Of a stretch of 64,000 nt of DNA, positions 18,739 to 26,836 are shown in pieces (the stretch's first letter is position 1; each line of letters opens with the position of its first letter). The stretch comes from Candidatus Latescibacterota bacterium (GTDB lineage: Bacteria > Latescibacterota > UBA2968 > GCA-2709665). Position numbers and translations under genes: made by a program. The notes below the pieces were generated by a model. The model did not search any database. It saw nothing but the letters and a program-made list of their open reading frames with translations, and was not told the origin of the DNA. Location: assembly GCA_963667175.2 (NCBI GenBank), contig CAXXXF010000013.1, forward strand, positions 1-64,000, given 5' to 3'.

Positions 18739-19713
18739 CTATTTGGATAATCCTCTGTGGCGCCGCACGTTAAGAGCCTTCCATTCGAGAAGCGGCTGGG
18801 AATTGACGCGTTCCTGCAGGGATGTATCGGTTGTCAATACCGACCCGTTGATTTCACCTCTATCCAGCAGAAGGTCAAGGAATGTGCGCTCAGCGTCAGA
18901 AAAAGGCAACAGAGATGACAATCCTTGCCGGCATTCCTTGACGAGCATCTCTCCAAAGGCCGTCGCCTCGCGGTGCCCCTGTATCGCACCCGTATGGAGC
19001 GAAGGCACAAGCTGGCTGGCCAGCTCTGCAACGTCCAAATCCACGTCCGTGACCGAAATCGTGCGCCAGTCTCTCCGGTCCATCGCACCATAGACGACGA
19101 AGGCGATTCTGAGTCGATCGAGGTCGAGATCGTCCATGGAGAAGATCAAGCGGCCGTCGAATAGATCCCTCGCCCTGCGGCGCGCCAACAACGCCGAGAG
19201 CTTCCCTGCCGCGAGTTCGTGAATATCCATCACGGGGATATCCGTGACCTGCCAGCTACCCAGCGTGTGGGAGTCCATCGTGGTAACGGACCACAAAGGC
19301 ACGCGGTACATGAAATTGACATCCACGTCGAGTCTGCCGTGCTGCCCTGCTGCGCTTTCATAGCGGAGCGACCATTTCCCGCCAGCGTGTTCTTCAGGCA
19401 TCCGCCTGACTGAAAATCCCTCTCGATGGAACACGTCCTGTACCGCTTTCGTGATCCCTGGACGCTCTGCCAGCATGGCGTCCAGACGCTTTGCACCCAC
19501 GTAATTCAGATCGATGTCGACAGAAAGCCTGGGGGCGTCGAAGACGAACAGGTTCAAAGCCGTCCCGCCCTTGAGGACCAGTTTTCGCTCGAGAAAGGGG
19601 TGACTGTGCAAGGCGTCAAGCAGATCCAGAAGTCGGACCGCCTTTTCGAGCATGTCGGCTCTGAATCCCGTCGCCTCGGCTTCGGCGGACAGCTTCTCGG
19701 GCGAGATTCTCAA
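18739..19713 (-). CDS. abiEii: AbiEii nucleotidyltransferase toxin (type IV TA)
   Basis: LVLKGGTALNL, PRLSVDIDL, ELAAGKL, RARDLFD; TTG start overlapping the AbiEi stop. Confidence 0.92.
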   Translation of the reverse strand: MRISPEKLSAEAEATGFRADMLEKAVRLLDLLDALHSHPFLERKLVLKGGTALNLFVFDAPRLSVDIDLNYVGAKRLDAMLAERPGITKAVQDVFHREGFSVRRMPEEHAGGKWSLRYESAAGQHGRLDVDVNFMYRVPLWSVTTMDSHTLGSWQVTDIPVMDIHELAAGKLSALLARRRARDLFDGRLIFSMDDLDLDRLRIAFVVYGAMDRRDWRTISVTDVDLDVAELASQLVPSLHTGAIQGHREATAFGEMLVKECRQGLSSLLPFSDAERTFLDLLLDRGEINGSVLTTDTSLQERVNSQPLLEWKALNVRRHRGLSK

Positions 19714-20525
19714 ACGACCTCCGCCCAGGACCGTTCGAATACGTCTCTTGGAACCACCAGGTTCCATTTGGCAATGAGGCATCCGGGTTTGCGTCTGGCG
19801 CGGTCCAGGTAATGGGGCTGACGGGGGCGCCTATCCCGAAGTGGCCTGAGATGGCGCTCCTCAATCATCAAGGCGTCGCGATGCTGGTCCAGGAAGAAGC
19901 CCACCTTCGCGTTTGTCGTCGCATTGCCCAGCAGGAGCGCATAAGCCACGATTTGGTCGACGTCGAAGAATTCCACCGATTCCAGCGAGCGCCAGATCTC
20001 CTCCCAGCCCCCCGCAAGGTCCGGGCGATGGAGGACATCCACCAGCGTCCGCTCCAGACTCGTGACGCGCATTGCAACCCCTGAGCGCTCCGAGTTCAGC
20101 ACGTCAAAGTGCTCGGCCCCGAGGCGGAGAAGTGCATCGGGAAACTTGACGCCCCGGTAGACTTGAGACTGAAATGAAAGCGATCCGACCGGACGGGCCG
20201 CGGAATAGATCACGTGGTACCAGACCGAATACGCCCGACCATGAAACTCAAGCGCCGTGTGATGTGACAGGACCGCATCCCTTGTCAGCTTGGCAGCAAT
20301 CAGGTAGGGGTCGATCGGATAGGAATCGGGGTCAGCGCCTGACGGAATGACCGCGTAAAGCCCGCGTCGCACTCGAATGACCCGACCGGTCTTCCGGTAA
20401 TAGGCCAGAAGCGCTTCCTGCCCTCTTGCCCCGACCTCGCCTCGGTAGGCGAGATGTGCGGCCAGCGCCTCTCCGGTGAAGATCGGATGCATGCGAAAGA
20501 ACGCCTCATGTTTCACGACGGGCAT
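19710..20525 (-). CDS. abiEi: AbiEi transcriptional regulator/antitoxin (type IV TA)
   Basis: N-terminal wHTH RVRRGLY, LSHHTALEFHG, TSLERTLVD, C-terminal KWNLVVP; upstream of AbiEii. Confidence 0.88.
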   Translation of the reverse strand: MPVVKHEAFFRMHPIFTGEALAAHLAYRGEVGARGQEALLAYYRKTGRVIRVRRGLYAVIPSGADPDSYPIDPYLIAAKLTRDAVLSHHTALEFHGRAYSVWYHVIYSAARPVGSLSFQSQVYRGVKFPDALLRLGAEHFDVLNSERSGVAMRVTSLERTLVDVLHRPDLAGGWEEIWRSLESVEFFDVDQIVAYALLLGNATTNAKVGFFLDQHRDALMIEERHLRPLRDRRPRQPHYLDRARRKPGCLIAKWNLVVPRDVFERSWAEVV

Positions 20526-20623
20526 ACTTGACCTTCTATCGCGTTTCCCGGGTTTTTTTTATGGACCTATCGATCTATCTTCCGAATGGCCAATCCTCGT
20601 AATATGACAATATATCACAAATC

Positions 20624-20660
20624 CCATAATTATATTATGGCTTTCATGTTCTAATGTCAA
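20624..20660 (-). promoter_or_regulatory. abiE promoter with inverted repeat
   Basis: Minus strand TTGACA (20655-20660), 17 bp spacer, TAATAT. Inverted repeat CCATAAT-TAT-ATTATGG (20624-20640) over the -10. Confidence 0.6.
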
Positions 20661-20778
20661 AATAGGATTCCCATATTCACCAGCGCCGTTCCGTGAAGTT
20701 CCCGTCTCTTCCATCTTCCCCCTGACGCCGGCGGGATTCGGATTACCTTCAGGTTTCTCCCGGGTTGAGAACGTCACT

Positions 20779-22590
20779 TCAGGTCGCGGTGTCCATTCGA
20801 AGGGTACGGGGTGTTTCAGCGAACAGATCCAGGGTCACCGCCCGCTGGCGCCGTCCCTCCAGCACCACCTCACGGACGTCCAGGGCGTTCCCCGTTTCGG
20901 CAACGCGGATCCCGGTCACGGGATCGGGCAGCAGCAGGGTGAGTCCATGCAGGTCTGCCGGGGAGACCACGGTCAGAAAGACGGCTTCGCCCTCCTCCCG
21001 CCGCGCCACGAGCCGCACCTCCGCCCGGGCCCTGGAGAACCGGGACCAACGCTCCTGGTTCTCGAACCGGCACCCCGCCGCCCGGGCGCCGTCCAGGCCC
21101 ATCTCGAGCGACCGGCGGGACGCCCGGGGATGGTCCTGGGACATCGCCACGTAGCTGGGGTGGAAGTTGGCGATCTGACAGCCGTGCCAGCCCCGCGCCG
21201 CGTCTTCGGCGAACCGGGTGAGCTCCTCGCCGTACTCTTCCGTCGAAAGGCCCACCCTTCCGGTGGATTTCGGATCTCCGGGGTCCTCTTCGCCCAGTGT
21301 CTGACTCTCGTCCCATTGCGCCGGCATATGCCACAAGTCCAGGACCCCCACGCCATGCTGAAAGTATCGGAGGGGCAGGGCGGTCGAGATCATGTACGGC
21401 CCGTAGCGCTCATCATGGCGCATGCGAGGATCGTGGGATATGAAGTGGGTGGGCGTGTGCCAGCCGAGGTCGACCACCATCTCCGCCATGGGCTGCCCCG
21501 ACCACTGGCAGCCGTGGATGCAGATCGTGTCCATCTCCAGACCGGTGTCGCGGAAGAAGTTGTCGCGGTGCGTCTCGAGGTTGGCGCGGATATCGGGCAG
21601 CGCGTTTTCGTTCAGGTCCTCAGCCGTGCGGGACCGGCGGACCTTTTGTCCCGAGACCTCGGCGACGGGCCGCGTGACGTCGTCCAGGTTGGCTTCGATG
21701 GTGATGCCGTGCCCCCGCTCGTGCCAATCCTTCATCAGGTCGCCGCCGAAACGGCTCACGGGGGGTCTGTTGAAGGTCAGATAGGCGTCGTATTCCTCGA
21801 CGACCCGGACCACCACGTCCGCGCCGACCTCGCCGCAGCCATCGCCCTTCACGAACCAGAGCGCGGGGGCGGCGTCTGGAAAGTGCCAGAGCCGGGGAAG
21901 ACCGCTACCGGAGAGGGAGGACAGAACGAGCGTTCTCAGAATATCCTGATGCAGGTCGCATACCGGCACGTCCCGGGGCAGCTTGTCGGAAAGGTCGAAG
22001 AAACCGTAGATATGCCGCGGCCCGGTAAGCGGCCCCATATCCTTCGCCGGACGCTCGCGCACGTCTCCCGTGCCGTGTCGCAGCGTGGCCACGGTCCGGC
22101 AGAGGTCGTAGCCGTAGATCCAGGCCGTTCCCTTTCCCAGACGGGCGGATACGATTCCCGAACCGCATCGCTCGCCGTCAGCCGACCGCAACGCCGCCGC
22201 TTCCCGGCCGCCGCGAAGGGGGCGGGCGGTGTCGTCGGGGCACAGCAGCGGCACGTCGCCGTGTTCCCAGCCATTCAGCGCGGTTACGGACAAATGAGCG
22301 TCGGGGATGGCATCCGAGACGGAGACGCCGAACGCGGCCGCGACGGCGGGGTCGGGAGCGAGCGCGATCAGCGTCACACCCGAGGAGACAGCCCCGGCCA
22401 GGCGTTCGGCGGTGGTTCTGCCGATGCCCGCGCCTGCGAGAATCACCAGGCTCACGCCGGGAGGCACACCGTCGAATTCCGAGGCGGGGCGCTCTTCCAG
22501 CCAGGGAAAGCCCTCGCACCGGAGCGCCTCGGCGCACAGGTCTTCCGACGGGTCGCTTCTCGCGCGCAGAATCAGGATGGGTTGTTCCAT
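20779..22590 (-). CDS. Hypothetical protein; N-terminal glutamine-amidotransferase-like and C-terminal polysaccharide-deacetylase-like regions
   Basis: Long ORF with host codon usage; PRLWHFP...KGDG, HERGHGI, NFHP motifs reminiscent of NodB-like barrels. Confidence 0.45.
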   Translation of the reverse strand: MEQPILILRARSDPSEDLCAEALRCEGFPWLEERPASEFDGVPPGVSLVILAGAGIGRTTAERLAGAVSSGVTLIALAPDPAVAAAFGVSVSDAIPDAHLSVTALNGWEHGDVPLLCPDDTARPLRGGREAAALRSADGERCGSGIVSARLGKGTAWIYGYDLCRTVATLRHGTGDVRERPAKDMGPLTGPRHIYGFFDLSDKLPRDVPVCDLHQDILRTLVLSSLSGSGLPRLWHFPDAAPALWFVKGDGCGEVGADVVVRVVEEYDAYLTFNRPPVSRFGGDLMKDWHERGHGITIEANLDDVTRPVAEVSGQKVRRSRTAEDLNENALPDIRANLETHRDNFFRDTGLEMDTICIHGCQWSGQPMAEMVVDLGWHTPTHFISHDPRMRHDERYGPYMISTALPLRYFQHGVGVLDLWHMPAQWDESQTLGEEDPGDPKSTGRVGLSTEEYGEELTRFAEDAARGWHGCQIANFHPSYVAMSQDHPRASRRSLEMGLDGARAAGCRFENQERWSRFSRARAEVRLVARREEGEAVFLTVVSPADLHGLTLLLPDPVTGIRVAETGNALDVREVVLEGRRQRAVTLDLFAETPRTLRMDTAT

Positions 22591-22724
22591 GCAGGCACCT
22601 TTCTTGCTTAGCGATAGGGTATCAGGCAACCTTTGTCAACTCGTAGTCCGATCAGCGTGTCACCGTATGCAGATCGAGAGTGTGTTCCGGCTCGCCCGTC
22701 GTTACAGGCACAAAACAATTCCAC

Positions 22725-22753
22725 TTGACTATTAGTATCATTTTTGATATCAT
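22725..22753 (+). promoter_or_regulatory. hicAB promoter/operator
   Basis: TTGACT (22725-22730), 17 bp spacer, TATCAT (22748-22753). Inverted repeat TATCA-TTTT-TGATA overlaps the spacer and -10. Confidence 0.7.
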
Positions 22754-22758
22754 ACATC

Positions 22759-23007
22759 ATGGTGAGCACGACGGAAATCCTCAAAGCGCTTCGTAACAAT
22801 CAGAAAGGGGTCCGTTTTACGGATCTTGTAAAGCTCTGCGACGACTGTTTCGGGGAACCACGCCAGAAAGGGACAAGCCATCGGGTCTACCGGATGCCAT
22901 GGCCGGGCGATCCAAGGATAAACATCCAAAATCACAAAGGCATGGCGAAGCCGTATCAGGTGCGCCAGGTCATCAGGGCAATCAACAAACTCGAGGACTT
23001 AAAATGA
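22759..23007 (+). CDS. hicA: HicA mRNA interferase toxin
   Basis: VRFTDLVK...FGEPRQKGTSHRVY...INIQNHKGMAKPYQVRQV, with the catalytic GxSH. Confidence 0.9.
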   Translation: MVSTTEILKALRNNQKGVRFTDLVKLCDDCFGEPRQKGTSHRVYRMPWPGDPRINIQNHKGMAKPYQVRQVIRAINKLEDLK

Positions 23008-23336
23008 ACGATCATTTCACCTACCGGATCACGTGGTCCGCGGAAGACAGCGAACACGTGGGTCTCTGCGCGGAATTTCCGTCGTTGAGCTGGCTCGCGC
23101 CGTCACCCGACGAGGCCTTGTCCGGCATCCTGCGGCTGGTTCGGGAATCCATGGACGACATGCGCGCCAACGGTGAACCAACCCCGGCGCCATTGGCGGA
23201 CCGCGCGTATAGCGGTAAGTTCCTGGTTCGTCTGCCGCCGGAATCGCACCGCGCCCTGGTTATCGAAGCGGCCGAACAGGGCGTGAGCCTGAACCGGCTG
23301 GTGAGCGCGCGGCTGGCAGGCCCAACCGATTGGTAG
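23004..23336 (+). CDS. hicB: HicB antitoxin
   Basis: TYRITWSAED..VGLCAEFPSLSW...YSGKFLVRLPPESHRAL..AAEQGVSLN; ATGA overlap with hicA. Confidence 0.9.
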   Translation: MNDHFTYRITWSAEDSEHVGLCAEFPSLSWLAPSPDEALSGILRLVRESMDDMRANGEPTPAPLADRAYSGKFLVRLPPESHRALVIEAAEQGVSLNRLVSARLAGPTDW

Positions 23337-23367
23337 CGGCTGAGGAGACGATGCCGCGCCAGGCTCC

Positions 23368-23520
23368 TCAAATCCTGTCGATTCCCCAGAGGCGCCCCAG
23401 CAGGAAGTTGTTGATATTCCCTCGCTTCCCCCCGATGCCGCCCAGATGGTAGGCGCCGTCCACGGGATTCGCGGGCGCCTCCACCGCGCATCGGGCGCGG
23501 CGGTCCGCCGCCAGGATCAC
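23368..23520 (-). pseudogene. Possible short gene remnant (50 codons)
   Basis: GTG right after the upstream stop, high-GC3 codons (…PVDGAYHLGGIGGKRGNINNFLLGRLWGIDRI); no recognisable domain. Confidence 0.3.
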
Positions 23521-23524
23521 GGAT

Positions 23525-24808
23525 CTATCCATTGCCTGCATCAACCTCCCAGGTGTACGCGGCTGATCCGTTGTCATTTTCCACGCGGCAGGTTATCGAA
23601 TGCCTGCCCGCCCTGTCCGCCTCGAACCGCAGCGATCCGCCGTTTCCGGGTATTGCCTTGCCATCGGACGTCCACGAAAAGCGGAGGCCCGGATCCTCCC
23701 TTGCGTCGACAGGCAGTTCGGCGCAGCCGACGTGGCGGTACACCCCGTCGGCGTCCCGCTGGCGGGAACCGTCCGGCGCGATCCAGCCGTCGTCCAGGTC
23801 GCGCGCGGAATAGTACATCAGGTATCTGCCCGGCAATTTCAATACGTGAGGGGTGGACGTGTACCGGCCGTCGAACGCTTCCCTGCGCGGGTTCGGGGGA
23901 AACGTCGGCACGTCGTTCTGGTAGTACCAGGTGCGGCCGTCGCGGGTGCGCCCGAAGGAAATATCGAAAACGCCGCCCGCCCGGTGACCGCCGAACCACG
24001 TCGCCAGTTCGTCCCGGTCACGCATCACGAAGGGATACACGCAGGAGCGATAGATCCCGCCGTACCGGACCGCGTCCCCTTCGTGTTCCCAGCGCAGACC
24101 GTCCCCGGAACGGGCGGAAATGACGTTCAGCGTCATCTGCAGATCCGGATCCGTTCGGGACGGCGCGTTCACCCACATCCTGTACGTCCCGTCATCCAGT
24201 TTCAGGACACACGGTCGCCGCCCGGTACGCAGCACGGGCTCCGGGTGGAACGTCCATGAAATCCCGTCGGGACTCTCGCCGTACCCCACCCTCTGATTCA
24301 ACCACGGGCGTCCCTCCGCGTCGACTTCATCGACGGCGGTAAACCACATCCTGTAAATCTTCTGCTCCGGGTCGTAGAGCACGTACGGCGCCTGGAAACG
24401 CCGGCCCCACGGAATCGCATCGTCGGTGGCGATCGGATTGTCCGGATGCGGTTCCCAGCGCAGCCCGTCCGTCGACGTGGCGTATCCCAGGTGGATGTAC
24501 GAAGGGTTGCGCGCGTGGTCGGAACTGCCCACGTACCACATCTTGTAGATGCCGTCCGCCCTGAGCACGCAGGGCATGTAGAGGAGCACGCGGCACCAGT
24601 CCTGTTTCGTCGTCGAGGCCGACAGGATCGGCTCGGAACGGCGCCGCCAGTCCTGCCGGGAAGGAAGCGACTGACAGGGCTCTACCTCGAGACGAAGGGC
24701 AATGGTCTCACCGGCCTTAACCGAAATCGTCCGTCCCGTCGGGTCGACACCGCAGATGCGTGGGGCATACCACGCAGGTACGGGAATACACTCTGACACC
24801 GGTTTCAC
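23525..24808 (-). CDS. Beta-propeller glycoside hydrolase-like protein with flanking Ig-like segments
   Basis: YKMWY, ATSTDGLRW..HPDNP, SPDGISW, DGRYTSTP..YLMYYSARD; paralogue of 28873-29895. Confidence 0.65.
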   Translation of the reverse strand: MKPVSECIPVPAWYAPRICGVDPTGRTISVKAGETIALRLEVEPCQSLPSRQDWRRRSEPILSASTTKQDWCRVLLYMPCVLRADGIYKMWYVGSSDHARNPSYIHLGYATSTDGLRWEPHPDNPIATDDAIPWGRRFQAPYVLYDPEQKIYRMWFTAVDEVDAEGRPWLNQRVGYGESPDGISWTFHPEPVLRTGRRPCVLKLDDGTYRMWVNAPSRTDPDLQMTLNVISARSGDGLRWEHEGDAVRYGGIYRSCVYPFVMRDRDELATWFGGHRAGGVFDISFGRTRDGRTWYYQNDVPTFPPNPRREAFDGRYTSTPHVLKLPGRYLMYYSARDLDDGWIAPDGSRQRDADGVYRHVGCAELPVDAREDPGLRFSWTSDGKAIPGNGGSLRFEADRAGRHSITCRVENDNGSAAYTWEVDAGNG

Positions 24809-24817
24809 CTCCGCGTG

Positions 24818-25771
24818 CTATTCCCCTCGAGGCCGATATCTGGGCGTGAACGCTCGTCCGTAGAACAGCGGCATGATCTCATGCGGTACGTGGTCGGTCT
24901 GCCCCAGGGACTCCATGCCGCCGAACTCGTAGTCTGAATGGACAATCCTCGAGAGCATGATGAGCCGTTCCTTATCCGTCTCGATGTTGATGGTCCGGTG
25001 CATCAGCGGGCCGTCGGCGAACAGCAGCGCGGCGCCCCGCTTCGCCGTGGTCTGGTGGAAGAACTCGGAGTCCGGATGGTCCGTGATGTACTGCTTCAAG
25101 TCGTCGTATGAGAGGTCGAGTCGGTGACTTCCCGCAAAGATCCCGGTACCGCCGTCACCCGGGCCAACATCCGTAAGGTAGAGAATCAGGCCGAGGATCT
25201 GCGTATGGAACCATCCGTTTTTTCGGACCGCCCGGTCCTTGTGCCGGGTCACCCCGCCGTGCCATCCCAGAACGGGGGTTTCGGAACGCCGGTTGAAGCG
25301 GACGGCGACCTGGTGGAAGCGAAACGTCCCGCCCAGCAGTTCCGTGGCGACCCCGAGGACGCGCGGCCTGGTCAGCACCGACAGGTAGATGGGGTCCAGC
25401 CCCAGCACGTTCTCGATCTCCAGACGCTCCAGGTGGAGGTCGCCCGAAGCCGTCCTTCTCCGGTTCGCCCGCCAGATCGCCCCGTCCCTGAAGTCCTCGT
25501 ATTTCCTCGGCGGTGGAGGCGGCGTGATCTCGACGTCGCCGGCCGCGTCCAGGATTTCCGCCTTCAATCTGTTGGCTGACGCCTCGATGGACTGCAATTC
25601 CTGTTCCGTAAACAGATCCTCGACGATGGTGTACCCGAAGAGTTCGAACCGCATCCGCTGTTCCAGCGTCAGGGCCGGGAACGGAAAGTCGAATTCGGTC
25701 TGCGGCACGTCCGAGAATCCGAAACCGGGATTCGGCGCGGTATATGCGGTTGTCCTGGATGTCTCGGCCAT
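24818..25771 (-). CDS. Phytanoyl-CoA dioxygenase (PhyH) family protein, atypical triad
   Basis: FELFGY..VEDL, YLTDVGPGDGGT..FAGSH, distal His (LMHR). The HxD motif reads WHGG, so the carboxylate is missing. Confidence 0.75.
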   Translation of the reverse strand: MAETSRTTAYTAPNPGFGFSDVPQTEFDFPFPALTLEQRMRFELFGYTIVEDLFTEQELQSIEASANRLKAEILDAAGDVEITPPPPPRKYEDFRDGAIWRANRRRTASGDLHLERLEIENVLGLDPIYLSVLTRPRVLGVATELLGGTFRFHQVAVRFNRRSETPVLGWHGGVTRHKDRAVRKNGWFHTQILGLILYLTDVGPGDGGTGIFAGSHRLDLSYDDLKQYITDHPDSEFFHQTTAKRGAALLFADGPLMHRTINIETDKERLIMLSRIVHSDYEFGGMESLGQTDHVPHEIMPLFYGRAFTPRYRPRGE

Positions 25772-25859
25772 TTCGCTGCACCTCCGGACAAGATTGGCAG
25801 GTTTCGACAAGTCGCCAGGAAAAACGCGTGCCGATCGCGTTGCAGGGCCGTCCCTTGCA

Positions 25860-25903
25860 GGCCTGCCTGCCTGCCAAAGCGTCACTGGCAGGCGCAGGCA
25901 GGC
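25860..25903. repeat. CCTGCCTGCC/GGCAGGCAGG-type palindromic intergenic repeat
   Basis: GCCTGCCTGCCTGCCA...TGGCAGGCGCAGGCAGGC; the same family occurs at 47436-47493 and about 47973-48015. Confidence 0.6.
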
Positions 25904-25935
25904 GCCCGGCCACGGGCGGAGCTCTGACCATTCTT

Positions 25936-26772
25936 TTATTGGTTCTCTGATCGCACCCAGTGCCGAAAGAGGGGCTTCACCTTGCCCGGCATGGCATCGT
26001 AGACGTCACGCGGAACGGGCGGGACTTCGGGCGAATTCAGCCCCGTTGCCTCCAACATCAGTTTCCGCTCATCGGACCCGGGCATCAGGACACTTGTATC
26101 GAGCCACCAAGGGGCGTAGCGAATCACGACCGACACGCGCGGCTCGTCGGAACGGTTGGGGGCCGAGGCGTGCCAGAGCCGGCTGTCCAGCATCAGCACG
26201 CTTCCCGCGTCGCCTTCCGCGTTGCATTCGCCGGGAATCGCGCCGAGCGGGTCGAATCCGTTCTCCCCGCTTGGATTGTTGTTCGAACGGTGGCTGCCGG
26301 GAAGGATGAGGGTGCCTCCGTTCTCCGCGCTGAAGGGGGAGAGCATCCATAGCGTGGTGAGGTGCATCACCGCGTCGGGATAGGGCGCGGAGATATGTCC
26401 GGCGTTGTTCTGGTTGAAGGGCCAGTCGGCGTGCCATCCGCCGCGCGGGTTTCCGGGAAAGTTGACCGTTGCGGTCGTGAAAGAGATCCGGACGTGGTCG
26501 CCCAGCATGCCCTCGACGACCCCCATGACCCCGGAATCCGCCACGTACGGCGCGAAAGACTGCTCCCGGGCGACAAAGCCGGAGACGTGCCCGATGCCTT
26601 TGTCCTCGAGCGTTTCGGCGTTCGCGTGCCGATGCACGGCGTCCATCACGCGCGCGCTCACCGCCGCGACCCGTTCCCGGGGGATGACGTCCTCGACGAC
26701 ACACCAGCCGTTGACGCGCATCTGATTCAGTTTGCCCTGCGTCTGCTCGTCCACGTCCGTTCCCGCTTCCAT
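25936..26772 (-). CDS. Phytanoyl-CoA dioxygenase (PhyH) family Fe(II)/2OG dioxygenase
   Basis: WHADWP, ENGGTLILPGSH, GSVLMLDSRLWH, NRSDEPR. Confidence 0.9.
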   Translation of the reverse strand: MEAGTDVDEQTQGKLNQMRVNGWCVVEDVIPRERVAAVSARVMDAVHRHANAETLEDKGIGHVSGFVAREQSFAPYVADSGVMGVVEGMLGDHVRISFTTATVNFPGNPRGGWHADWPFNQNNAGHISAPYPDAVMHLTTLWMLSPFSAENGGTLILPGSHRSNNNPSGENGFDPLGAIPGECNAEGDAGSVLMLDSRLWHASAPNRSDEPRVSVVIRYAPWWLDTSVLMPGSDERKLMLEATGLNSPEVPPVPRDVYDAMPGKVKPLFRHWVRSENQ

Positions 26773-26836
26773 GTCTGCAACTCTCTTTCCGTGGATTGAC
26801 CGACCTCACGCAGCCTCATTCAATGCCGGCGCCCGG

